From the sequence record NC_055712.1: a stretch of 64,000 bases of DNA; one strand, given 5' to 3'. Of the stretch, positions 41,251 to 51,847 are shown piece after piece. Numbering within the stretch: the first letter of the stretch is position 1; each line of letters begins with the position of its first letter. The notes beneath the pieces are model-generated. The model ran no database searches. It worked only from the letters and a program-made list of their open reading frames with translations, and was not told the DNA's origin. The position numbers and the translations under genes are program-made. This stretch comes from Escherichia phage phT4A.

Positions 41251-41919
41251 ATGGAATTATTAGAAGGTAAATCTTATACCCTGAACATCGACGCTAAAGA
41301 ATTTGCAGAAAAAACCTGGCGAAATGCTTTAGCTGAATTGATCAAAAACAACGGCTATATTACAATCGATCGTATTGCGATTGGGGATACTGAGGACATT
41401 GCTTATGTTCTGCAAGATGATTTCGAATATGAGATCCCTAGCCATATCTGGAAATACTTTAAACCATATGATTTACCGGAAGAAGAACCGAAGATTGCTA
41501 CTAAAGAAGAAATCGCCGCGCCTGATTTAAATTTCGTATCTTCCGATCCTAAAATGTGGATGACTGTAAAACCTGTTCAACAAGATATCAATGATCTGCG
41601 ATTTGATTATCCTTTTGTCAAGCGGATCACTTCGATTTCTGTACTACCAGCGCCGACGGATTCACAGGCACTTGAATTTGCATTACAGCATGTTTTCGGT
41701 GATAATAAGCTGTACGCGATTGACAAGGAAGCTGCTATTGATGAACAGAAAAAGGAAATCATCAACCTTCTTTCTCTGCATCAACAACTTGAAGCGGTGG
41801 AATTGATTGAGCGTATGCTTTCTGATACAAAGAAAGATATCATTAGCAAAATCACTCCGGCACGAAGGAAAGCAATTGATGAAAATCGAGATTTACGGTA
41901 TTCCCGAATCGCTTCATAA
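41251..41919 (+). CDS. hypothetical protein
   Basis: 222 aa ORF; 3' end overlaps the next gene by 41 nt. Confidence 0.5.
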   Translation: MELLEGKSYTLNIDAKEFAEKTWRNALAELIKNNGYITIDRIAIGDTEDIAYVLQDDFEYEIPSHIWKYFKPYDLPEEEPKIATKEEIAAPDLNFVSSDPKMWMTVKPVQQDINDLRFDYPFVKRITSISVLPAPTDSQALEFALQHVFGDNKLYAIDKEAAIDEQKKEIINLLSLHQQLEAVELIERMLSDTKKDIISKITPARRKAIDENRDLRYSRIAS

Positions 41920-42160
41920 ATGTTATGGTTGTATTGAAGCTCGGAAATTACTTGATGAGCATGGATTAGAATACGAATTTTATTCTGTTCTAAAGCCAGC
42001 AAATAACAGTGTGGGGTTTGATTACGATCGGCCCCGCATTGAAGAGTTAGCGAAACGTGTTCGTAGTCGAAGCATGGCATTTACTTACCCTCGGATCTTT
42101 GTAGATGGTAATTTTATTGGCGGTTATATGCAATTGAAAGAGTATTTGGGTGAAGCATGA
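41879..42160 (+). CDS. glutaredoxin-like protein (possible NrdH-type redoxin)
   Basis: 93 aa from the ATG at 41879; CYGC active site, TYPRIFVDGNFIGGY glutaredoxin signature. Confidence 0.7.
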   Translation: MKIEIYGIPESLHKCYGCIEARKLLDEHGLEYEFYSVLKPANNSVGFDYDRPRIEELAKRVRSRSMAFTYPRIFVDGNFIGGYMQLKEYLGEA

Positions 42161-42456
42161 ATAAAGAATACATTCGCAAAGTAGCAAACGCTATTCACGC
42201 AACAACGATTGATTTTCTGGAAGGGTTTGATCATATTATCCATCCCGAAACGTTGGATAGTTGGGAAGCCAAACTGTTTAAAAGTATCAATGAACAGTTT
42301 CCGGAAAAGGTTAAGCGCTGGTTTATCAGACAGGAAATCGTAGCAACGATCCTTAATGAACGTGGTGTTGAGGCGTTCGGTGTAACCCCTCTATATAAAC
42401 GAAACCAGATTACAGACGAAACAATCAAGAAATATAAAAAGATGGTTCGGAAGTAA
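42157..42456 (+). CDS. hypothetical protein
   Basis: 99 aa ORF, start overlaps the upstream stop. Confidence 0.5.
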   Translation: MNKEYIRKVANAIHATTIDFLEGFDHIIHPETLDSWEAKLFKSINEQFPEKVKRWFIRQEIVATILNERGVEAFGVTPLYKRNQITDETIKKYKKMVRK

Positions 42457-42472
42457 TAAATAATCAGTTAAA

Positions 42473-42492
42473 TGGCCTTCGGGCCATTTTTT
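42473..42492 (+). terminator. terminator hairpin (tggcc-ttcg-ggcca + T6)
   Basis: Stem-loop plus T tract before the gene 34 late promoter. Confidence 0.55.
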
Positions 42493-42495
42493 GTA

Positions 42496-42503
42496 TATAA
42501 ATA
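42496..42503 (+). promoter_or_regulatory. late promoter box TATAAATA upstream of gene 34
   Basis: Exact TATAAATA 33 nt upstream of the gp34 ATG. Confidence 0.6.
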
Positions 42504-42535
42504 TTGGTATTGAATACAATATAGGAAAAAAGATA

Positions 42536-45500
42536 ATGGTAGCTAAATCATTCCGCGCACGAAGTGGCCTTGATGCTGCTGGTGAAAAAGTTATCAACGT
42601 TGGGAAGGCTGATCGTAATACGCTGAGTGACGGCGTTAACGTTGACTTTTTCAATGAATTTAACGGAATCCAGCAGTATGACCCGACCCGTGGTTATTCT
42701 CAAGACATGGCGATCATTTATGCGCGTCGTATCTGGTACGCAAAACAGAATATTGCTTCCCCTGCTGGGGCTTTCGACGAATCCAAATGGATCGCAACTC
42801 GTAATGACCCGAAATGGGTTTATAGTAACGTAACCACTCCGGACGGTAGTATTATCGATTCTGGTAGTTACATTATGGCTGATGGGCGTTTTACCGAACT
42901 TCTGTACCTGCTGCCGGACAACCCGACAGAAGGCGACGTAATCACGTTTAAAGATTGCGGTGGTTTGGTTGGTGTAAACAGTATCCTCGTTAAGTCTAAC
43001 ACTCGTCAGATCCGTTTACGTGCGGTACAATCAGCGCAATATAGATTAACTCATCCTTACATGATCGCAACGTTTATCTATAACGGTAACGTGTGGCGTG
43101 TTTCTGAGGCGCTGGATAACCGTGATTCTGAAATAGTAAATGCAACCGGAACAGGTTCATTCCAGTTACAATCTGGCATGACAGTTTTCCGTAATAGCGC
43201 TACAGGTAAAATCACTCTCCAGTTACCAAAATATGCAAACGACGGTGATGTGATCACAACCTACGACGCTGATAAAATGAACTCTATCAACGTAGCCGTT
43301 TTGCAGATATATCCGGGTAGCGGACACACTATTTCTGATGGTGCAAGTACTGGTGTTACTTCGGTAACTAGCCAGAAATCCGGCTTTGGCATGTTCATCT
43401 TTGATGCACAGAATAGCCAATGGAAAGTATACGATGCGGATAACCGTGTTCGTCTACGTCGTATCTATAGTGATTTAAACGCAGTTCCAAATGATTATGT
43501 TTTTGTTACTGCAAACCCTTCTGGGGCTGTACCAAACGTTACTGTTACTCTCCCAACTGATGTTGCTGATGGTGACCGTGTTTACGTATCCCTGTATATG
43601 ATGGGTAAAAACCAGAACTGTACAATCAAAGTTAAAGATGGTACTACGGATAAGATCCGAACCAATAAAAACATGATGCAGTTCCCGCAGCGCAAAGATT
43701 ATCCGCCCGATGATTGGTTTAGCGTAACGTCTCTTGCTTTTAACGCAGGTAGCGATTACCTCCCTTATATCGAGTTTTCTTACCTGAAAGCTACGAAAGA
43801 ATGGGTTGTTGCTAACTATCGTCCGATTGTTGAACGCGTTGATGCAACAAACCGTACTCGTACTGGTGTTATTGCTCTGGCTGCTCAGGCAGAAGTTAAC
43901 AAAAACCTGGAAGATAACCCGAACGACGAAACGGCTATTACTCCGATGACGTTAGCAAATAAAACAGCTACTGAAACGCGTCGTGGTATTGCGAGACTGG
44001 CAACTACTGCCGAAGTTAACAAACTATCTACAGATACCTATCTGGATGATGTGATTGTTACTCCTAAGAAGCTGAACGAAAGAACAGCTACTGAAACGCG
44101 TCGTGGTTTGGCTGAGATTGCAACCCAGGCAGAAACAAACGGAAGTACCGATGACATTACGATCGTGACTCCTAAAAAGCTGCATAATCGTATCGCATCA
44201 CCAACATTAACGGGGATCCTTGCTCTTGTTGCAACTGGTGGTACTGCAAACACCAACACAGACCGTGCTCAGGCTGGTACTGGAATTTACGATCACTCAG
44301 ATTATCAAAAGGCGGTAACGCCTAAAACACTGCGTGAATATAAAGCAACTGAATTACAATCCGGTGCTGTATGGCTGGCAAACCTGAATGAAGTTATTAA
44401 CGGTACTGTTGCAAGTTCTAACATTCCGACCGTCGTTACTCCGGAAATGTTACACAAGAAAACTTCTACTGATGCGCGTATTGGTTTGATTGAGATCGCG
44501 ACTCAGGCAGAAACCAACGCAGGGACTGATTACACGCGAGCGGTAACGCCTAAAACGCTTAATGATCGTACTGCTACCGAAGGTCTAACCGGGATTATTG
44601 CAATTGCAACCACTGCCGAAGTATCAGCAGGTACTGTAACGAATAAAGCGATCGTACCGTCTAAACTGAAAGGTTATCTGGACGATACAAGTCATATTAC
44701 TGTTGCTACTGCTGACGGGTTAACTCAATCTGGTACTATCTGGACTACGGTTAACATCGGTATTCAATCAGCAACTGAAACTCAACGTGGTACTTTACGC
44801 GTTGCTACGCAGTCTGAGACGAACGCAGGGACATTAGATACAGTATTTGTCACCCCTAAGAAGTTACACGCTAAGAAAGCGACTGAGAGCGCAGAAGGTA
44901 TCATTCAGGTGGCTACGGCTGCTGAAACTACCGCTGGCACCGTTGCAAACAAAGCTGTTTCTCCTAAGAACTTGAAAAATACGATTCAGGTTGATACTTC
45001 ATGGCAAGCTACCGATCTGGTACGTGGTACGGTGAAACTGTCTAAAGGTGCTGGTACTTGGTCTGGTAATGATGTGGCTGGTTCTACTCTTCCTGATGAT
45101 GGTTACGCCGCTGTAGGTGTTGCTGTTTCTCCGTATGAATTGAACTTAACGCTGAAACATTATCTGCCTATCGGTGCTAAAGCTGTTGATGCTGATAAAC
45201 TTGATAATCTGGATTCTTCTCAGTTTATTCGTCGTGATGTTGCACAAACTGTTAATGGTGCGTTGACCCTGACACAAACAACCACTGTACAAGCTAACAT
45301 CAACTCAACTGCTGATGCATCTTTTCGTGTGATGAATGTCAACGGTGATTTAAACGTTGGCGACGGTTCGTCGATGGGTAAACTTCGTCTGAATGGTGGT
45401 TCAGCTAACGACTGGTCTATTCAAGCCAGTGCTGCTTCTGGGCGTATTGCGATGATTTCGACGGGTAATACTAGCACAGTTCATCTTTCTGTGTATAATG

Positions 45501-46309
45501 ATACTCGCGGCGTTGTAGCTAACGTTAAATTTCAGGCTCCTGAAATTCAGGCAACTAGCAAAGTGTCTTTAGGTAGTGATAGCGTTATTTCTGCAAGCGG
45601 TTCTAACCTTTTACTGGGGGTGAACAGTAAGACAACGCAGATCAATACATCCGATGCAGGTAACATTGTAGCGGCTGAATCTGGGAACTCTTACAAAGTC
45701 TTTACTGAGAAGAACGCGCAAACCTTGCTGAATCCTACGTATGTACGTAAAGCAGGTGATACGATGTCTGGACGGTTGACAATCAACAACAGTTCTCTTA
45801 TCATCGCAGGTCAAGCGGCTTGGTCAACTCAGGATGCAGTAAACGAAGCATCACGGGGATACTGGACAGCAGAAATTACCTCTGCTGCACAATACAACTT
45901 GCTTCCTGGTTATGCGGTTCCGGTTCTCGAACCAGATCCGATTAACCCAGATATTATGATTGTAACCCGTTATACCTACGTTAAAGCACCTGGTACGTTA
46001 ACTCAGTTTGGTAACGGAACCGCATACACTTATCAGATTTGGGCACCTCGTCCGACCTCTGGTACTGGTGTTAACGCGTTGGCGCAATCCTTCTGGATCC
46101 GTCAAATGAATCCAATTACAGGTAAATTTGATGAATGGGGCCGCATGTATACGAGCAACAACCCGCCTACTGCTGGTGAAATTGGGGCAACGTCTGCTGT
46201 TGGTACTACGGTTAAAAACATGACTGTTACTGATTGGATCAAAGTTGGTAATGTTAAGATTTACCCAGATCCGGTTACTCAGACAGTTAAATTTGAGTGG
46301 GTGGCATAA
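42536..46309 (+). CDS. 34: long tail fibre proximal subunit gp34
   Basis: 1257 aa from the ATG at 42536; N-terminus GLDAAGEK(V/I)INV..ADRNT.SDGVNVD, QQYDPTRGY, TATETRRG(I/L)A repeats and C-terminal PDPVTQTVKFEWV match T4 gp34. Confidence 0.95.
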   Translation: MVAKSFRARSGLDAAGEKVINVGKADRNTLSDGVNVDFFNEFNGIQQYDPTRGYSQDMAIIYARRIWYAKQNIASPAGAFDESKWIATRNDPKWVYSNVTTPDGSIIDSGSYIMADGRFTELLYLLPDNPTEGDVITFKDCGGLVGVNSILVKSNTRQIRLRAVQSAQYRLTHPYMIATFIYNGNVWRVSEALDNRDSEIVNATGTGSFQLQSGMTVFRNSATGKITLQLPKYANDGDVITTYDADKMNSINVAVLQIYPGSGHTISDGASTGVTSVTSQKSGFGMFIFDAQNSQWKVYDADNRVRLRRIYSDLNAVPNDYVFVTANPSGAVPNVTVTLPTDVADGDRVYVSLYMMGKNQNCTIKVKDGTTDKIRTNKNMMQFPQRKDYPPDDWFSVTSLAFNAGSDYLPYIEFSYLKATKEWVVANYRPIVERVDATNRTRTGVIALAAQAEVNKNLEDNPNDETAITPMTLANKTATETRRGIARLATTAEVNKLSTDTYLDDVIVTPKKLNERTATETRRGLAEIATQAETNGSTDDITIVTPKKLHNRIASPTLTGILALVATGGTANTNTDRAQAGTGIYDHSDYQKAVTPKTLREYKATELQSGAVWLANLNEVINGTVASSNIPTVVTPEMLHKKTSTDARIGLIEIATQAETNAGTDYTRAVTPKTLNDRTATEGLTGIIAIATTAEVSAGTVTNKAIVPSKLKGYLDDTSHITVATADGLTQSGTIWTTVNIGIQSATETQRGTLRVATQSETNAGTLDTVFVTPKKLHAKKATESAEGIIQVATAAETTAGTVANKAVSPKNLKNTIQVDTSWQATDLVRGTVKLSKGAGTWSGNDVAGSTLPDDGYAAVGVAVSPYELNLTLKHYLPIGAKAVDADKLDNLDSSQFIRRDVAQTVNGALTLTQTTTVQANINSTADASFRVMNVNGDLNVGDGSSMGKLRLNGGSANDWSIQASAASGRIAMISTGNTSTVHLSVYNDTRGVVANVKFQAPEIQATSKVSLGSDSVISASGSNLLLGVNSKTTQINTSDAGNIVAAESGNSYKVFTEKNAQTLLNPTYVRKAGDTMSGRLTINNSSLIIAGQAAWSTQDAVNEASRGYWTAEITSAAQYNLLPGYAVPVLEPDPINPDIMIVTRYTYVKAPGTLTQFGNGTAYTYQIWAPRPTSGTGVNALAQSFWIRQMNPITGKFDEWGRMYTSNNPPTAGEIGATSAVGTTVKNMTVTDWIKVGNVKIYPDPVTQTVKFEWVA

Positions 46310-47245
46310 TGTCAAACTTAATGGCGGGGTTCGGCCCCGATTTTGTAGAAACGCAAATTCTATCGGAAACAAACAGCGTAACTTACAGAATAACCGCAAA
46401 GGCAACACATCCCAATGCGGTTCCTAATCAGTATGAGTTTACACTAAATCAAAAGGCGGTAGGGACACCGCCTAGTGTTGGGATCAACGTATGGAGAATT
46501 AACAATGCTGTAGTTGATCCAATTAAAACCTTCACATTATCGAATGATAATTCAGCAACTGCAAACAAAGCGTTTGTTGAATATATGGATGCTCAACCTT
46601 CTGGGCTGTATTTGATAATGACTAACGGTGAATACAAAACAAGCCAAATCGTTGATGATTGGTTTGCTAAAAACAGATCCGTTATGTGGCAAGGCGCTGA
46701 TTTCGCTCAGAGATTCCCAAATTCTGCATATGTTGCATTGTATGGGGCTTCAAAATCTCGTATACTGATTGAATCGTTTTACGCGAACGATGGAGTTTTA
46801 AAAGAAGATTCACGCGCATCAATCGATCTTGTCTATGATAACGTTGGTGATGTTGGGCGAACTGGTGTACCTTTCCGATCTGTTGAAGATACGGAAGAAT
46901 ACAATTCAACCAATGGATCTGAATATAAAGTATATCCTGTTGCAAACCCAGTGATCTCTAAACTGGCTGATTATGGTATGGCTCCTGGATTAGCTATGAT
47001 GATTGCTGGTGATTTTTACGCCAGCAAAGCATTATTGGATGCTGGATCAACAACAAGGGTTACTGTTCGATGGTTTACGGGTACTGCTCAAACTTCATCA
47101 TCGGTGATTGAAGTTCCTGCAAATAAACCTGATGAGTGGTTACGATTTGAACAGTTCTATACGATCCCTAGTGGTTGTGATGGATTTAACGTTGCTGTAT
47201 CTCGTTATCCTAAACCCGCTACGGATAGTTTATCTGCGTATCCGT
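46309..47245 (+). CDS. 35: long tail fibre hinge protein gp35 (3' end lost in scaffold gap), assigned by position
   Basis: ATG overlaps the gp34 stop; 312 codons before the gap (T4 gp35 is 372 aa); the track's 1640-aa ORF is an artefact of reading through N. Confidence 0.55.
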
Positions 47246-47345
47246 NNNNNNNNNNNNNNNNNNNNNNNNNNNNNNNNNNNNNNNNNNNNNNNNNNNNNNN
47301 NNNNNNNNNNNNNNNNNNNNNNNNNNNNNNNNNNNNNNNNNNNNN
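47246..47345. other. scaffold gap (100 N)
   Basis: Exactly 100 N; probably hides the gp35 3' end, possibly gp36, and the first codons of the distal fibre gene. Confidence 0.99.
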
Positions 47346-50300
47346 TTTAGCAAAAATTCAATTCCTACGTAGCACAGTTGCGGGGAAAACACCTACTACA
47401 AGTCAGCTTGCAGATGGTGAACTGGCGATCAACATGGCTGATTATGCCATTTACACGAAAAATGGTTCTTCGATCGTTCAGTTAGCGGGTAAAGGTATCC
47501 CAGAAACAAATACCAAAAAATTAACAGTAAATGGGCCTAGTGCTCTTAATGATACCGTTACCGTAGCGGAAGGTAAAACTATTACTTTCACCAACGCGGA
47601 TTTGAGCGGGGGTATGGTTCGTCATATCACTGGTAAAAACGCGCTTAATGATGGTTGGTACATCGGTTCTGGTGGTGAGAGCAATAAAGGGTTTTTAGAA
47701 ATCGGTACAATTGATGACGGTGATGAAGAGATCCGTTTCGTTTCCCGTGGTTCTGGTGATACTGTTCGTCGTACTCTGAAACTTATTGATTCCGGTGGTA
47801 ACACTCGCGTACCAGGTAACATCTATATTGATGAAGCTATGGGCGGTGGTGGTTCTGCTTTTATTTCAAAAAACAAAGCATATTTCGGTGCTGGCGGTGC
47901 TGATATCTATATGCGTAACACTGCTGGCGGTGCGACAAATCAGTTAACGATCACTGATGGCGGTGAATTGCTGTTTCAAGCAAAACCTGTATACTGGGAC
48001 GGTCGTAAACCGACTTTAACCGAATTGGGGATCGGGCGGGTTGAAAACGCGCGTCAAATGCAGCAAGACAATTGGCCTATAACTACAGGTAATGAAACCC
48101 GATGGGTTAAAGTTGCTCTTTTAAAAGATCCTGGCTCAGGTCATAGTCGCTTGCAACTGATGGTGACTAACGGCGGTAACTATGGTTCTACACGCGGATC
48201 GTTCGATTTTATCGATTGTTCTGCTCGTAGTATGCCTTCAACATTAACGGCTGCAAATATTCGTTCTTATCTGCAAATTCGTCGATTGGGCGATCCGGCA
48301 ATGGATGACACTAACCAGATGCGTTATAGTTTGGTTCGCACATCCGAAGGTTTGGAATTGTGGTTTACTCAAAGATCGTTCATCGGTAGTACAAAAATTG
48401 CTCTGTTATCTACGGCTGGCGTGACTGAATATTATATTCCTAGTGGATATACATCACAAACAACCGCTCCGGATGGTTTGATCGAGAGTAAGCCTATTCG
48501 TATCTATGACGAAATGAACAAACCTAGCCTTGACGATGGTACTGATGGTATTCTGTCTGTTGCTAAAGGTGGTACAGGCGCAAGTACAGCGGCTGCTGCT
48601 CGCACAAACTTAGGTTTGGGTACTGCTGCAACCCGTGATGTTGGTACAGGTTCCGGACAAGTAATGCTTGTTGGTGCTTACGGTTTAGGCGGTAAGGGTA
48701 CATCATATAGCATCGCAAATGCTCGCGACTTCCTGAAACAACTGCGTACTGATGGTTCTCAGTTCATGCGAAATACGCTTGGTACTGACATTAACTATGG
48801 TATGGGCGCAAGTTTTTATAGTTCCGTATCAGATGTTCATGCAGTGATCTCGGTTGATTGGAATACTGGTCGCGTTAAAGTTGGTGCAACTAATGATACT
48901 AACCTTAACTCAGATACAGGAAGAATCAACTTCCAGGAACTGTACGGTACTGCATTTAAACCGACTCCGGATGACGTAGGGGCTGTTGCACGTGCTGGTG
49001 ATACGATGTCTGGTGATCTGACGATCTCTAAAGTGTCGCCTGGTTTCCATTTGAATGCTGAGAGCGGAAACTCCGTAATTTGGTTTAAGTATAAAGGGGT
49101 TGAAAGTGGTGCTGTGTGGGCGTTGCCTAATACTGCCTCTTCTGGTGAAGTTCGCATTCGTGCCAGAACGTCGGGCGGAACGACTGGGGGCGAATTCTCA
49201 TTTAAATCAGACGGTACATTTACATCACCTGGTAATATCAATATTACTAGCGGCGCTTTCAACGGTAAAAGTGTCAATACTCAGTATGCGAACTTTAATA
49301 ACACAAGTTCAACAACAACCGAACAAACCGTTTCTATTAGTGGTTCGCAGCACACTCCTCTGTTACTGAATAGACCGACTAACTCGAACTTGTCTATCGG
49401 GTTTAAACTTTCCGGAATGAACATGAAACGTTTGGGTATCGATGTAAACGGTGATATTCGTTACGGTGAAGCCGAAAACCAGACACAAAACGCATGGCTG
49501 TTGACTTCGGATACCATAAACAGATGGAGTGTTAACTTCGGGCGTGATATTAACGTTGCAGGTGTAGTTAATTCAACTGGTGGATTTACTGGCCCTGTTA
49601 CTGCATATGATTTGACCGGGGTAACTCAGGATCTTGATGCTTTAACATTGAACAATGCCGAACCAGGACATATTAAAGTTTATTCGTGCCGTAGTATGGG
49701 TGGCGGTGATAACATCACCAATAAACCTTCCGGCGTAGGTGGTAACTTTATTGTTATCGTTGAATGTCTCCGTAAAGTCGGCGATACTGATTACACTAAC
49801 CGTCAAGTATTACGCGCATCGGACAATAAACGCAGTTGGGAACGTTGGTTTACTGTTAGCGGTACTGCTAAAGCCTGGACACCGTGGAGAATGAACGTTG
49901 TTAGCGGAAACGATGACGATGTATCATTTAAATCTGTTACCACAACTACAGGAAACCTGAACAGTGGAAACGATCTGATTGTTGCGAACAACGCTCGCGT
50001 AGGTGGCAACTTAGGGTTAGGTGGTGCTTCTTCCACGACATACACTGATAAAGGTGTTGTGATTGGTAACGGTAGTGCGCTGTTAGAATCCACTGATGGT
50101 CGCATGATTATTGGTAGTTCTGGTGCTGGTCGTGCTGTTGAATTGCGTCCTGGTGGCCCAACTCAAACCAACAACGGGATCAAAGTGACTGCTACCTCTG
50201 GAAGTGGTGGTGATACTGCGATCGAGTATGCGCAAGGGGTGAAAATCCGGGCAAATAACGGTGGTGCGTTGATTATTTCTGCTAAAGCTGGACAAACGAT

Positions 50301-51219
50301 TTATCTACGTCCTCAAGGAGATACATCCAGCACAAACGAAACAAGGATTGATTCTAGTGGTAACATGATAGTTAATGGTAATATCAGTGCAAACGGAAAT
50401 ATGTCTGCTACTGGTACGTTAACTGTTTCTGGTGCTACTACATTAAACAACACATTAACGGTTAATAATGTAGGGCCAATCGAGAAACGGGGGATCAGGA
50501 CGTATACAGAAGGTTCTGTTACTGTCAACGAAACCGACGGCATTACGATGTTTGGTAATGGCACAATTCATGGCACAATGCGATTAGTTGAGAGAGTGAA
50601 TAATACTACTTTCATCGGTCTGCAAACTTCCATTAATGACACTACAAACGGTTGGTTTGAATTCCACCACACAGGAAAATTCAAATCAAACAATATCGAA
50701 GCCTCTGGTAATATTGTTAGTTTGACTGGTTCCATTGGTGCTGTTGGTGCATTGACTGTAACGGCTCCTTCTTCTGATAACGGTACTGACCATATTTGGT
50801 TCCGTAACTCTGATGGATCTGAACGTGGTGTTATCTATATGCCAGGCAATGCTAATATTGGCGGTTTCCGCGTTCGTGGTGTGGAATGGCAATTTGATGG
50901 CGGTGCTAGTCAGTTTATCGGCCCTGGTGCTCGTTGGCGTATTCACCCTGATGGTAATATTCAGGCTGATGTTTTTAGCGGTTATCTGAATAACTACATC
51001 AATGATCGGTTTAACGCGTGTGCTCAGTGGGTTCGTACTGGTGCTCAACAGGACTTTGGTCAGATCGGTCGTCCTGCTCCTGGTTTAACAGTTCCTGCTG
51101 GTTGGGTTTTAGTTGGTCTTAACGCCAACGGTAACGAAGCTAACCAGAACATGCAGTTAATCGGTGGTCGTTTGCAGGTATGGAAGAATAACGTTCAATG
51201 GGTTGATTCTGCAACTTGA
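47346..51219 (+). CDS. 37: long tail fibre distal subunit, gp37-type (fibre A; 5' end in gap)
   Basis: Begins (truncated) LAKIQFLRSTVAGKTPT.SQLADGELAINM, matching the T4 gp37 N-terminus MATLKQIQFKRS..AGTRP...LAEGELAINL; about 1290 aa; no C-terminal chaperone domain; followed by a gp38-like chaperone. Confidence 0.8.
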
Positions 51220-51226
51220 TAAAATA

Positions 51227-51240
51227 GGGGCTTCGGCCCC
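51227..51240 (+). terminator. GC hairpin (ggggc-ttcg-gcccc) after fibre A, weak T tract
   Basis: Same hairpin type as other terminators in the window but followed by ttcattc. Confidence 0.35.
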
Positions 51241-51261
51241 TTCATTCTTAAAGGTAAAATA

Positions 51262-51663
51262 ATGATTGTTAAACAAATGAAAGGTATTCGCTGGCATCAT
51301 AATTTTGAAGGTGGTGCTTACTATCGTGATTGTAATGACAAGTGCTGGTATGAATTTCGTAATTCTTTGGATAAAAATTCCCATATCATTATAGTTGATG
51401 CTAAAACCAATAAAATCATTAACTATTATAACGGTGATGATCCTACGATGATTGGATTGTTTGCTGATAAAGAAATGATTCTTAATGTGTATCAGCTATC
51501 AGAATTTCCTGTTAATGACTGGGGAGAATTCTCTAAGCGAGAATTTAAGTTCGAAGATGATAAGGTAGTCATGACGAAAGATGTTGAACTTCCGAAATCT
51601 CGAACAAAAGAAGATATCATGGCAGATTTGATAAAACTTCAAAAAGAGCTAGAGGTAATGTAA
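51262..51663 (+). CDS. 38: tail fibre assembly chaperone, gp38-like
   Basis: 133 aa directly after fibre A; pattern similarity to the T4 gp38 chaperone (..IIIVDAKTNKIINYY.. vs ..YAVVFDERTQDWIY..; ..FPVNDWGEF.. vs ..FDEPGEFDIW..). Confidence 0.5.
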   Translation: MIVKQMKGIRWHHNFEGGAYYRDCNDKCWYEFRNSLDKNSHIIIVDAKTNKIINYYNGDDPTMIGLFADKEMILNVYQLSEFPVNDWGEFSKREFKFEDDKVVMTKDVELPKSRTKEDIMADLIKLQKELEVM

Positions 51664-51669
51664 TTTCTA

Positions 51670-51747
51670 AGGCTACCTATATGGTAGCCTTTTTGTTGTA
51701 TGCTAAATATACCTATAGCAACCTAAGAAGAGTCTTATAAAATGGCT
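51670..51747 (+). repeat. intergenic element copy 1: terminator hairpin (aggctacc...ggtagcct + T5) + AT box + ATGGCT start
   Basis: About 90% identical to 56445-56513. Confidence 0.8.
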
Positions 51748-51847
51748 NNNNNNNNNNNNNNNNNNNNNNNNNNNNNNNNNNNNNNNNNNNNNNNNNNNNN
51801 NNNNNNNNNNNNNNNNNNNNNNNNNNNNNNNNNNNNNNNNNNNNNNN
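51748..51847. other. scaffold gap (100 N)
   Basis: Exactly 100 N; flanks share ggct, compatible with a direct join giving ATG GCT GAT TTA (MADL...). Confidence 0.99.

Noticed and set aside
45998-46408. 136-aa ORF on the - strand
   Set aside because: Antisense to the gp34/gp35 junction.
46297-51219. Single 1640-aa ORF in the track
   Set aside because: Reads through the 100-N gap (X run); it is really gp35 (5' part) plus a separate gp37-type fibre gene that happen to share a frame.
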